Virus record (IMG/VR): IMGVR_UViG_3300025900_000203
Source: an uncultured virus (IMG/VR IMGVR_UViG_3300025900_000203)
Lineage: Duplodnaviria > Heunggongvirae > Uroviricota > Caudoviricetes
Reading direction: 5' to 3' (one strand)
DNA length: 61,033 nucleotides
Shown: one piece after another, positions 30,213 through 38,897 of the stretch
Layout of the letters: each line of letters starts with the position of its first letter
How positions within the stretch are numbered: position 1 is the stretch's first letter
Translations under genes and position numbers: made by a program
Notes under the pieces: generated by a model
The model's input: only the letters and a program-made list of their open reading frames with translations
What the model was told of the DNA's origin: nothing
The model's database searches: none

Positions 30213-31359
30213 GAGTGACGTCGTGCAGATCGAGGCGACTTCCGAGAAGTTGTCGCAGGTACGTCAACGCTTTCTTCTCGAGCTGTCGGATACGCTCGCG
30301 CGAAAGACTCATGTCGGTACCGATCTCGATCAACACCTCAGGCTCTGCATCTCCGAGCCCGAACCGCCGGCGAATGACTTGGGAAAGCTGCGCAGGCATG
30401 AGGCCAAGGGCCAACTCGATGCGCTCATGCTCTTGACGACGAATGAGAACCTCATCCGTTCTGGGTTCGGTACTCGCGAGGGTGGAGGGTAGCTCGCCAT
30501 CTTCACCAACCGAGTCGAACGCTGGCAGCGCCTCCGCGTGCCGGAGCCAGTCACTTTCCAACGACTGGATGCTCTTCTTGGAAACTTTGAGCCGTGCGGC
30601 CAGCTCGTCTTGTGTGGGATCACGGCCGAGCTCCGCAACCAGGACTGTCTTGGCAGACCGCGACCGGAACGAAAGCTCTTGAAGATGTACCGGAACGCGC
30701 ACGTCTGCTCCGAGGTTCTGTCTCGCGCGTACGACGTAGTGCCGGATCCACCATGTCGCAAAGGTGTTGAACTTGAGCCCGCGACGATGATCGAAGCGTG
30801 CAACCGCCTTGAGCAGCCCGAAGTTACCCTCTTGGATGAGGTCACTCATGGAGAGCCGGGTCTTGAAGTGGTAACCGTGTCGCCGAATGGTCGCGATGAC
30901 CAAGCGAAGGTTGCTGGTTACAAAGCGTTCGCGAATCCGATCTGCCTCTACAAGCAACGGCCGCAACGCGCGCAACTCTTCTGCATGCCGATCGCTGGAA
31001 GCGGCTTCGGCAATCACGCGGTTCGCGAGATGACGATCGAGATCCGCAGCCCGTGCGGCTTTCGCACTGGACGGCTTGATGGGCGGCTCAAGCTCCAACA
31101 ATTGTTTCCGAGCCGCGAAAGCTAGCGGGCCTTTGAGCAAAAGTTTCCAGATCGTGATCTCGAGACTTTCGAGCCGTTTCGCCAGGACGATCTCTTCTTC
31201 TGCCGTTAGGAGCGCGTGTCTACGAATTTCGGCCGCGTAGAGTTGTTCAGCGTCTGCACGACCTCGCTCGAGCGCTTGGCGCGGCGGCTTCCTCGGCAAC
31301 GTGGCTGCGGGTTTACGTGGCAAACGCTTCTTAGAAAGATGAGTGGAGGACGCTCCCAC
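30205..31359 (-). CDS. RNA polymerase sigma-70 family factor (RpoD/RpoS-like, lacks region 1.1)
   Basis: LLTAEEEIVLAKR, SNLRLVI, DLIQEGNFGLLKAVARFD..GLKFNTFATWWIR, LSRERIRQLEKKAL. Start uncertain (31359 or 31404). Confidence 0.93.
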   Translation of the reverse strand: MGASSTHLSKKRLPRKPAATLPRKPPRQALERGRADAEQLYAAEIRRHALLTAEEEIVLAKRLESLEITIWKLLLKGPLAFAARKQLLELEPPIKPSSAKAARAADLDRHLANRVIAEAASSDRHAEELRALRPLLVEADRIRERFVTSNLRLVIATIRRHGYHFKTRLSMSDLIQEGNFGLLKAVARFDHRRGLKFNTFATWWIRHYVVRARQNLGADVRVPVHLQELSFRSRSAKTVLVAELGRDPTQDELAARLKVSKKSIQSLESDWLRHAEALPAFDSVGEDGELPSTLASTEPRTDEVLIRRQEHERIELALGLMPAQLSQVIRRRFGLGDAEPEVLIEIGTDMSLSRERIRQLEKKALTYLRQLLGSRLDLHDVTLS

Positions 31360-31404
31360 GATCCCCGTTCTACACGAGAACGCCGTAGAACTGTCAGCCT
31401 TCAA

Positions 31405-31560
31405 CTACGACGGCAGATCTGACCCAATGAGATCACGGGCGGCTAACTGGATTCCTGCTCGCGTGAAGAGGTCCAACATCGAAGAGGCTGCCACCTCACC
31501 TTCTAGATGGAGACGGGTTGCGATGAAGATCACGAGCGCGAGGACAGGCATCCTGGACAC
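31405..31560 (-). CDS. Small 51 aa ORF missing from the track
   Basis: TACGCT-N6-GTG; VSRMPVLALVIFIATRLHLEG..DLPS. Confidence 0.4.
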   Translation of the reverse strand: MSRMPVLALVIFIATRLHLEGEVAASSMLDLFTRAGIQLAARDLIGSDLPS

Positions 31561-31589
31561 CCAGGAAGCGTACGCGATCTCGCTCGCCG

Positions 31590-31626
31590 AAAACGGCGAA
31601 GGCCCCAGCGCGATGCTGGAGCCTTC
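31590..31626 (-). terminator. Probable intrinsic terminator after the Ro60 / Y RNA unit
   Basis: GAAGGCTCCAGC-ATCGC-GCTGGGGCCTTC followed by GCCGTTTT. Confidence 0.55.
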
Positions 31627-31633
31627 TAAGAAA

Positions 31634-31770
31634 CGACGGATGAAAAGCGATCAAGGATGTTTAGCGCTCTACCGGGCTGAGCTATGTCCGCGGCTTACAC
31701 CACGTCCAGCGGGATTTGAACCCACGACCTCTCGTTTACAAGACGATAACCCTCGATCAACAACCCGTCG
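31634..31770 (-). ncRNA. YrlA-type Y RNA (permuted tRNA-like module)
   Basis: Terminal stem CGACGGGTTG/TCATCCGTCG, T arm GTGGG-TTCAAAT-CCCGC, closed acceptor, D arm TAGCTCAGCCCGGTAGAGC; downstream of Ro60. Confidence 0.85.
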
Positions 31771-31777
31771 AAAACAA

Positions 31778-31848
31778 TGCTGGATGAAGAGTGCAGAAGC
31801 GGTTGGTTCAATGTTCGAGATTGGTAACGCTTCTACGACAACCCAGCA
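31778..31848 (-). ncRNA. Short Y RNA-like hairpin
   Basis: TGCTGGGTTG..TTCATCCAGCA terminal stem with the same motif; inner stem GTAGAAGCG/CGCTTCTGC. Confidence 0.7.
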
Positions 31849-31856
31849 AAAACGAA

Positions 31857-31919
31857 TGTCGGATGAGAACGATGCAGCTCCGGCTTCAACCAGGAGAACA
31901 GAGCTGCGGCAACCCGACA
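31857..31919 (-). ncRNA. Short Y RNA-like hairpin
   Basis: TGTCGGGTTG..CTCATCCGACA; inner stem GCAGCTC/GAGCTGC. Confidence 0.7.
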
Positions 31920-31949
31920 AAGAGAAGATGCCCGAGGCAGCTCTCCGAG

Positions 31950-33614
31950 TCAAGAGCGGAAGAAGTCGGCCATCAATGCAGGAGCTGCTGCATCGAAACC
32001 GACCACATCGATCATGCCCGTATCCGTTGGATCCGCGATCGTAAACTCGGTCGAGGTCATGCCCACGACTGCGAGCTTCGTCGCCCGTCCCGAGCTTCGT
32101 CGATAGCTCTGGAGTGCCTTGTGTGGATGGATCTCACCAGCCCACGTCTCGTTATCGGTGTAGATGGCTACAGCATCGACCTTGGCCTTCGTCTTCTCGG
32201 CCCAGATCATCGGCAGGGCACAGTCTGTCCCGCCCATCGGGATCTTCTCGATCACACGGATCACATCGTCGAGCCGCATGCGTGGCGTGATCGGAATATC
32301 CATGAGCCCAGGTTGCCCACCACCCCACCGTCCTCCATAACCGCCAGCGGCCTGCGAGAATCCGACGATGTGATAGTTCGGCTCGACGTTCGCCGTCACG
32401 AGCGCCATCGCGGCAGAAGCCTCACGTGGTGTGAGTCCCTGACATCCTGCGATCGTGCCACCCGTCATCGAGCCCGAGACGTCGAGCGCGAGCAGTGTCG
32501 CTTGGTTCGTTGGGGTGACCGCGCTGAACGCGGCATAGAAGCCCGCGTCGAGCGCGTCGACGATCGCTTGGACGGGCGTCCACGTCGATTGCCCTCGCTC
32601 GCCGTGCCCCTGTCCGTACGTCTTCAGCGCCATGAGCATCTGGATCGGATGCACACGAGCCTTCTGGAGCTGGTCGGCACTCGAGATTCGCGCGCAGATT
32701 CCAGCGACATGGGCCCCGAGCGGTGCGATGACGCCGATCCGCGTCATCGTCGCGAGGTTGCGCACGAGCGCGGTCAATCCCATGTGCGGCAGTAGGGCTT
32801 CCCAGACTTCCGCCTTCGTCAGATGCGCGGTGGGCACTGCCTCGCGTGGCAGCTCGTGCTCACGGATCGCAGCCACGACCTTCTTCACATCCGTCTCGTG
32901 CTTCAGCTCCTCGAACGCGAGGGCGATCGCCGGCAGCGACTTCCGTTGATCCGCGTCGAGCCCTTCGTAGCCGTACGTCGTCCAGCAATAGAGCGCGTTG
33001 CGCGCGGCGAAGTCTCCACCACCCGTCGCCTTCTTCGGGTTTGGGCGCACGAGGTTTAAGAGATCCCTGGCTGCCCAGCCATCGCGCGACGGGTACTTCA
33101 CGATCTGATGAGCCACAGCCTCGACCGATCGAGCGTTGAACCATCGACCGATCGCGCGGCGCATGCCAGCACCCCAGCCGCCACCCTCGATCAGGCTCGT
33201 GAACATGGCGAAGTGGTAGAGGTGCGTGCCGATCCGGCAGACACGCGGCAGGGCCGTGTAGGCCGCCTGCTTCGTCGCGAGATCCCCGAGCTTAGCCGCG
33301 AGAGCGAGTGCAAGAATCGCGGGATCGTTCTTGGGAGCCCGCCCGCTTTCCGAGAGCGCGACGACTTCGCGCACGAGCCGCGGGCCGTCGAGCTGGATCA
33401 GGCGCTCGACGCACGCGGCATTCTCGCGCACGAGCTTCCGCTCGGAGGCGTAATACGTCCCACCCTCAGCGCCGAGCACGAGGAAACGCTGGAGCCGAGT
33501 CCAGTCATCAACGACGAATGTGTAACCCCCGGCGTTGTTCAGGACCTGGCGCGGATCGGCCTTCTCCTGTTGCGTTGGTCCCGTGACAGCGCCCTTCAAG
33601 TAATCGAATCCCAT
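31950..33614 (-). CDS. rsr: Ro60 / TROVE-domain RNA-binding protein (Rsr) with vWA domain
   Basis: NNAGGYTF..RLQRFLVLGAEGGTYY, GRAPKNDPA, VCRIGTHL, LPREAVPT, ARVHPI, LALDVSGSM (MIDAS), GGTDCALPM, YTDNETW. AGGAGA SD before ATG 33614. Confidence 0.96.
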   Translation of the reverse strand: MGFDYLKGAVTGPTQQEKADPRQVLNNAGGYTFVVDDWTRLQRFLVLGAEGGTYYASERKLVRENAACVERLIQLDGPRLVREVVALSESGRAPKNDPAILALALAAKLGDLATKQAAYTALPRVCRIGTHLYHFAMFTSLIEGGGWGAGMRRAIGRWFNARSVEAVAHQIVKYPSRDGWAARDLLNLVRPNPKKATGGGDFAARNALYCWTTYGYEGLDADQRKSLPAIALAFEELKHETDVKKVVAAIREHELPREAVPTAHLTKAEVWEALLPHMGLTALVRNLATMTRIGVIAPLGAHVAGICARISSADQLQKARVHPIQMLMALKTYGQGHGERGQSTWTPVQAIVDALDAGFYAAFSAVTPTNQATLLALDVSGSMTGGTIAGCQGLTPREASAAMALVTANVEPNYHIVGFSQAAGGYGGRWGGGQPGLMDIPITPRMRLDDVIRVIEKIPMGGTDCALPMIWAEKTKAKVDAVAIYTDNETWAGEIHPHKALQSYRRSSGRATKLAVVGMTSTEFTIADPTDTGMIDVVGFDAAAPALMADFFRS

Positions 33615-33630
33615 GTTCCTTCTCCTGGTT

Positions 33631-33909
33631 TTAAGTTTCGTGAAAGTCTTTGACCGGCTTGCCGTCCAGCAAGTCCAGCATCGCTTGTAGCGTTGGGCGA
33701 TCGAATCGCATGTGGTTAACGAAGAATTTCTCTCCGTCTTTCCCGACACGGTAATCGTCTCCGACCCAACCTCCCTGGTCCTTCACCTCAACGAGTTGAT
33801 GTCCATCGCTGAACGTCACGAGAGCGATCTCTGTTAGAGGACCGTCGTACCAGTCGAGGCAGATCCACTCGGAGTACGATCGGCGATCGGCTTTTTCGTC
33901 AGGTGCCAT
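33631..33909 (-). CDS. Hypothetical protein, first gene of the Ro60 unit
   Basis: TACTGT-N6-ATG; DWYDGPL motif. Confidence 0.65.
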   Translation of the reverse strand: MAPDEKADRRSYSEWICLDWYDGPLTEIALVTFSDGHQLVEVKDQGGWVGDDYRVGKDGEKFFVNHMRFDRPTLQAMLDLLDGKPVKDFHET

Positions 33910-34792
33910 CGCGCTACAGTACAGACCTTGTGACTCACTACAAGCCGGTCTACGAAGCGATTCGCGCGAAGCTCAACGCAGAAACCGAGCATCGTCCGTT
34001 CCGCACCCTCAAGGAATGGATCTTGGCTGAGAGAGCCTGCGTGATGATGGAGGTCAACTACCAGCGAAGGCTCCTCGCCTACGATCCGGTCAGCGTCGCT
34101 TGTATCGAGCGTGCAGAGAACCTGGCGGTCGGCCACAGCGACTACATCTCGAAATACGCGCACGCTGCCACAGACCTGGTCTTCCGCAAGGAGACTACGT
34201 GACGGCGGAAGAGGAGCGCGTGCTCCGCGCTCGGATCGCCGAGTTGGAGACTGAACGCGAAAAGATGCTGCCGATCTACGAGGCGCATCTCCGCACGCTC
34301 AAGAGGATCGAACAAGATCGAGCACGTATCGCGGCCCTCTCCGAGTTCGATCAGCACCGCGAACAATGCCACGCCGCGTACGAGTACGCCTGCACAACCA
34401 ATGTTCGAAAGAGTGGCGAGTCACCCATGCCTGAAGGTGATGGCTGGGAGGCGAACAACATCATCCCGGCACATCAGTACAAGGATGGAATTGTGCAGGA
34501 AGAGTGCTGGTGTAACTGGACGCGAGACGCGTTCACGGAAACCAACTACTGGCGGCGGAAACGCGCGTGATCAGTTCGCGCGTTGCTTCGCGTCGACTTC
34601 GACAGGCACCATGAAATCGCCGCAGCGATCACATTTCGGAGCCAGCTCTGCAGCAGCTCGCGGATCGCTTCGCTTCAGCGAAAGCTCTGCGTAACAGCCG
34701 GGGCACCCCCAGTGGTAGATGGGCTCCGTACATGCGACGAGATCTTCAGAACGGAAGCTGCGCTGCTTAAATTTCACGGCGGCCCTCCTCAT
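33903..34792. other. Hypothetical CDSs (33903-34202 +, 34199-34570 +, 34571-34792 -)
   Basis: Two coupled plus-strand ORFs and one convergent CxxC-containing ORF. Confidence 0.55.
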
Positions 34793-34830
34793 GAGCCTAC
34801 CGCAGTTGCGGCACGGTAACGTTCGTTCGG

Positions 34831-34903
34831 AGCTTGCGGCGAGACTTGAACTCGCGACCCCCTGATTACAAGTCAGGTGCTCTGCCAGCTGAGCTACACA
34901 AGC
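34831..34903 (-). tRNA. tRNA-Thr(TGT)
   Basis: GCTTGTG..CCTGA-CTTGTAA-TCAGG..GCGAG-TTCAAGT-CTCGC-CGCAAGC. Confidence 0.95.
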
Positions 34904-34918
34904 AGTCGCCTGTTATCG

Positions 34919-34991
34919 TCGAGGTGACGTGACTCGAACACGCAATCCCCGCGTCCCAAACGCGGTGCGATACCAATTTCGCTACACCTCG
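34919..34991 (-). tRNA. tRNA-Pro(TGG)
   Basis: CGAGGTG..CCGCG-TTTGGGA-CGCGG..GCGTG-TTCGAGT-CACGT-CACCTCG. Confidence 0.93.
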
Positions 34992-34996
34992 ATACG

Positions 34997-35068
34997 TGCC
35001 TCCGGTCAGACTCGAACTGACACACTTTCGGTTAAAAGCCGAATGCTCTGCCTTAGAGCTACGGAGGC
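34997..35068 (-). tRNA. tRNA-Lys(TTT)
   Basis: GCCTCCG..TTCGG-CTTTTAA-CCGAA..GTCAG-TTCGAGT-CTGAC-CGGAGGC. Confidence 0.93.
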
Positions 35069-35103
35069 GCTTCGTCGTCGTCAACTATTCAGTTGTCATG
35101 GTG

Positions 35104-35174
35104 TTCGAGGTCAAGGACTCGAACCTTGATTGCCTGGGCCAAAACCAGGTGTCTTGCCTTTAGACGAACCTCGA
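35104..35174 (-). tRNA. tRNA-Gln(TTG)
   Basis: TCGAGGT..CCTGG-TTTTGGC-CCAGG..CAAGG-TTCGAGT-CCTTG-ACCTCGA. Confidence 0.92.
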
Positions 35175-35182
35175 TCGGGCCG

Positions 35183-35214
35183 AAAACGAGAAAGCCACCC
35201 AGTTGGGTGGCTCC
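35183..35214 (-). terminator. Attenuator-type intrinsic terminator just upstream of the tRNA operon
   Basis: GGAGCCACCC-AACT-GGGTGGCTTT-CTCGTTTT. Confidence 0.75.
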
Positions 35215-35240
35215 AGATCGCGACGGCTGTAAATAGCCTC

Positions 35241-35360
35241 CTACGCGTCTGGAGCACTCGCTTTGGTTGTGGGCTGAGGTTGACGCGCTGTGCTCGGGCA
35301 CACTGCGACCATAGAGCGGATGCGCTTGGTCGATGCAGTGAAGAGCGAAACGGTCAACAC
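35241..35360 (-). CDS. Leader peptide (39 aa) of the tRNA operon
   Basis: GTG..TAG: MLTVSLFTASTKRIRSMVAVCPSTARQPQPTTKASAPDA; starts 6 nt after the -10 box. Confidence 0.7.
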   Translation of the reverse strand: MLTVSLFTASTKRIRSMVAVCPSTARQPQPTTKASAPDA

Positions 35361-35366
35361 AGGCTA

Positions 35367-35395
35367 AGACTAACGTGGAGACCGTACGCTGTCAA
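35367..35395 (-). promoter_or_regulatory. Sigma-70 promoter of the tRNA operon
   Basis: TTGACA-N17-TAGTCT. Confidence 0.8.
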
Positions 35396-35455
35396 TGAAT
35401 CGTGACGATCTCGCCAGTGGACAACGATCGCGGCAGTCGTTAAACAGGAACTGCT

Positions 35456-35785
35456 ATGAGCACCAAGTTCAGCATCGGCGACGTCGTGACATGGACTTCC
35501 AAGGCTGGTGGACACGCGCTCGAGAAGCAGGGAACTGTCATCGAGATCGTGCCTGCGGGATCCACCCCCACGGCCAACCTCGGGCACCATGCCGGCGGCT
35601 CTGCACGATTGCACGAGAGCTACATCATCGCGGTTCCGCAGAAAACGAAGTCACGGACGGGGCATGCAGTGCGGCCAATCAAGAGCAAGCTGTACTGGCC
35701 CCACGTCGGGGTGCTCCGCCGCGTCGAGCCGCCATTCCTGCCGCCGCAGGCGGTGGCTTCTGATACGGCAGCTCAGCTAAACTGA
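35456..35785 (+). CDS. Hypothetical SH3-like phage protein
   Basis: KFSIGDVVTWTS..KQGTVIEIVPAG..HESYII..LYWP. Confidence 0.65.
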   Translation: MSTKFSIGDVVTWTSKAGGHALEKQGTVIEIVPAGSTPTANLGHHAGGSARLHESYIIAVPQKTKSRTGHAVRPIKSKLYWPHVGVLRRVEPPFLPPQAVASDTAAQLN

Positions 35786-35788
35786 GGC

Positions 35789-36316
35789 ATGCCGAAGCGC
35801 TCTCGCGCCGCCAAACTCGATCGCGAGATCGCCGCAGTGCTGCGGAAATCTTCTCACGCCACGGTGGCGGAACCTTGGGAACCTTTCAACCTTCCCGACT
35901 GGCCCGTCATCCTAGATGCGCTGCAAGAGCACAATCCTAAAAAAGCGGCGATGGTATGGCAGGCGCTGCAGAGAGAAGAAGGGGGAGCACCGCGGCCAGA
36001 CTCTTTCATTCGCAAGTTTCGCGCGCTGCCGAAGGATGTCCGTTGGCAGTTCGAAGATCTCACTGCCCGCACCGCGGATCGTTATCTGGAAGCGCTCCAT
36101 GCAGCGCGGCATGAAACGAAAGATCCAGATGCTCTGATCGAAGCCGTGAAGGCAGCGAAGAAACACGTGGCGGCAACCAAGCGTGTCCGTCCTAACGGCT
36201 TCGTCGACACCCGCGGAGCGTTTGATCCTTCGATGCAAGAGTTGCGAAACCTCCTCGCTACCGAGGAGAAAGCGGTCAAGTACATCAAGCAGCAGCGAAA
36301 GAAGTCGCGGCACTGA
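35789..36316 (+). CDS. KSxAQLDxEI-motif protein
   Basis: MPKRSRAAKLDREIAAVL then SHAT; the following domain is similar to that of 17873-18601; TAAACT-N5-ATG. Confidence 0.75.
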   Translation: MPKRSRAAKLDREIAAVLRKSSHATVAEPWEPFNLPDWPVILDALQEHNPKKAAMVWQALQREEGGAPRPDSFIRKFRALPKDVRWQFEDLTARTADRYLEALHAARHETKDPDALIEAVKAAKKHVAATKRVRPNGFVDTRGAFDPSMQELRNLLATEEKAVKYIKQQRKKSRH

Positions 36317-36363
36317 CGGCGGAAGATTCGCGTGCGACGTGCCTGCACGATAGCGTGTAGGTC

Positions 36364-36768
36364 ATGTCGTACACGGTCCAGCTCTTCTACTTCCGGCAAA
36401 CGGGCAAGTTTCTGACGTCCGCCGCGACGACGAGCTCGCAAGGCAACCTGATCGAGATCTGGGAAGAGATCGATGATCTACGGCGCCTCGGACGTCTTCC
36501 AGGTCTACGGCTCGGCGCGGGACGCGATCTGACGATCCTCGTCGATGTTACCGATCATCCGAACCGCCAGCTCCACCTCGTGATGCCGCCGTGTTTCGAT
36601 GAGGATGACGTCACCCCCTCACGGACCCCTACCGGCGAAATGCCACCACTCGTCCGCGTTCCCCTCGCGGAGATTCCACGGACAACAACGCGTGACATTC
36701 TCCGGCAACAGCCTCCTCCAGAAGAGGAGGTCACGCCAGTCAACGTCCCGCGGCCTCGCAAAGACTAA
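36364..36768 (+). CDS. Hypothetical protein
   Basis: TAGCGT-N7-ATG. Confidence 0.65.
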   Translation: MSYTVQLFYFRQTGKFLTSAATTSSQGNLIEIWEEIDDLRRLGRLPGLRLGAGRDLTILVDVTDHPNRQLHLVMPPCFDEDDVTPSRTPTGEMPPLVRVPLAEIPRTTTRDILRQQPPPEEEVTPVNVPRPRKD

Positions 36769-37825
36769 GCGGCGTTCGCGCATCGCCTGAGGGCAGCGCC
36801 CCCGAACGTGTGCACCTTCAGCCATCCTCAGTGCACCAACACAAGTCGCGATCGCATCTGCACGTCGCGCAGATGTTGCCCTTCGCCGTCGGAGGCTTGT
36901 CGGTCTCCGCGACGCGGAGAATTCCAGCGAGGCCCTTCGCCACGAGCAAGATCTCACGGCCCTTCTGCTGGTACTCCGCCAACTTGTCGAGGTTGTTGCC
37001 CATGAACAAGATCATGTCGCGATCCGCGACCAGGTTGGCAAGCAGCGCAAAAGCTGCCTGTACCGATTCCATGGCCGCGGGAGTGATCGGCGGGATATCG
37101 TCCGCGCTCTGTGGAGCGAGCAGATCACCGTGCTGGCACGGAACACGCCGCTGCGGCGCTGCATGATGGAAGCGCATGCCGTAGCCAGAGCGATTCGGCG
37201 TCTTGTCACGGGATGTGAGCTGGAGCTGGAGAGGTTTCATGGTCTTGACCTTGAAGAGTCCACGTTGCGAAGGGTGGGCCAGCCATCTAACACAGCTGAT
37301 CTTGCACGAGGCTCTCGCAAGTCTGCGAACCTCCACGCGCTGGGTACTCTATTACCCGTGTCTCGTGGCCTGGGTGTGCCGGCACCCGGATACAGCGCGT
37401 GTCGCGTGTCGCTAGCGGGACACGACGTGTGTCTTGCTTGGTGAAGGAAGTGACATCTCCTAGAGGTAGCCGAGCTGCATCAGATCGATATCGCTCGGCG
37501 TTCGCCACGCGCCATAGCGCGTCGTCGGATTCTTCGCAAGCCTCGCCAATTCGACCGCAGCACGATAGCAGGCGGCCAACGCGATCTTGTGCGCCGCCGC
37601 CCACGCTGGAGAGTTGCAATCCTGGATCGCGTCGCGTGCTGCGATAGCCGCGACCGCGGCAGCTCGAAGCGTCGCGAGATCACTCGTGGTGGGACTCGTA
37701 GAAGTTTCGCTCGTCATCGCCTCGCGCAAATACACACCCAATGCCAACGAATTTCAGCTGCAACGTGCAGATTTCCCTATGCGGGTACGGGGCTACCCGA
37801 ATCTCAAGGGCAACAACGCGAGCCG

Positions 37826-37853
37826 TGTACGTACAGCCGCGCTTGTACGGACA
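37826..37853. promoter_or_regulatory. TGTACG(T/G)ACA operator pair
   Basis: Same two boxes as at 9263-9292; directly upstream of the operon starting at 37883. Confidence 0.55.
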
Positions 37854-37882
37854 ATGACCGTGTGTTATCGAGAACGGGCCCC

Positions 37883-38528
37883 ATGATCAAGATCGCCCTT
37901 CGTCCAGGTTCCAAACTCTCCGAGAGCTTTGCGAACCGCCGCGACTGCTACAAGGTTGTCGAAACCGATCATGTCTTCGGCTATGTCGTGAGCGGTGGAG
38001 GTCGAGGGGGCGCGGCAATGGTCTGCCCGCTCTACCGGGCCGACCTTCACGTGAAGGTTGGAAAGACGTGGCACGTTGTCTCGTCATACGAACAGGGTGA
38101 GCGGCTCAACGGTTTCACGTTCGACCACGACGATGAAGGCTGCACCTTCGCGCTGATCGCGGCGCAGTCGATCCGCGCTCTTGAGGAGCGTGCTCGCGTT
38201 GCCGTGCAGGCGCTTGCCAAAAAACGAAAAAAGAAGGTCTGATGTGCGGGACGAGCTTCTGACTGCGAAGGATGGCACCCTCTATTCGTTCAACAACATT
38301 CGGACACAAGGATGGCTCAACGGGCACACGAGTGGGCTCGCGGAGGCTGTCAACTGGCTTAAGGAACAAGCCGTTGCCCGCTTCCGTGAAGGCAAAGACG
38401 ATGCAGCCAAAGACCTACGACGGCTCGCAGAGAACATGGAGCATGAGCTACGTCCGGGCATGGAACAACGGGCCAAACGCCACGAACGTGAGCACCCTGC
38501 AATCGTTGAAACCGAGGCTGCGGAGTGA
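37883..38528 (+). other. Two hypothetical CDSs (37883-38242; 38244-38528)
   Basis: Adjacent plus-strand ORFs. Confidence 0.55.
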
Positions 38529-38897
38529 CAACGTACTTCATCAGCGGGCATCTCGATCTCACAGATGCCGAATTCCAAGAGCACTATGTTCCGCGGATCG
38601 ATGCAGCTCTCGCAGAGGAGTCTGCTTTCGTCGTAGGAGACGCCAGAGGCTGCGATCGGATGGCCCAGCTCTATCTACGGGAAGCGTGCGATTCGCGTGC
38701 AGGTGTTCCACATGTACACAGCCCCACGTCATAACGTGAACGGTTTCTCGACGGTCGGTGGTTTCACTGCGGACGATGCGCGGGACGCTGCGATGACCGC
38801 GCATTCCGACAAAGACATCGCCTGGGTGCGTCCGGGCCGGACGCGCAGCGGTACCGCAGCAAACCTCGCACGTCGCTATTTCAATGGAGCCCCATGA
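38525..38897 (+). pseudogene. SLOG-like nucleotide-binding protein split by a frameshift
   Basis: FISGH..FVVGDARGCDRMAQLYL (frame of 38525) continues as VQVFHM..RDAAMTAHSD.DIAWVRPG..SGT..N..RR in the +1 frame. Confidence 0.7.

Noticed and set aside
31343..32044. 233 aa plus-strand ORF
   Set aside because: Antisense to the Y RNAs and the Ro60 3' end; includes AGFEPTT, typical of a translated reverse-strand T arm.
35175..35360. T-box riboswitch upstream of the tRNAs
   Set aside because: No recognisable T-box UGGNACC bulge or stem I motifs; the leader ORF plus hairpins explain the region better.
34866..35405. ORFs overlapping the tRNA cluster (34866-35084, 34929-35129, 35089-35301, 35130-35405)
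   Set aside because: Spurious translations of tRNA genes and the attenuator.
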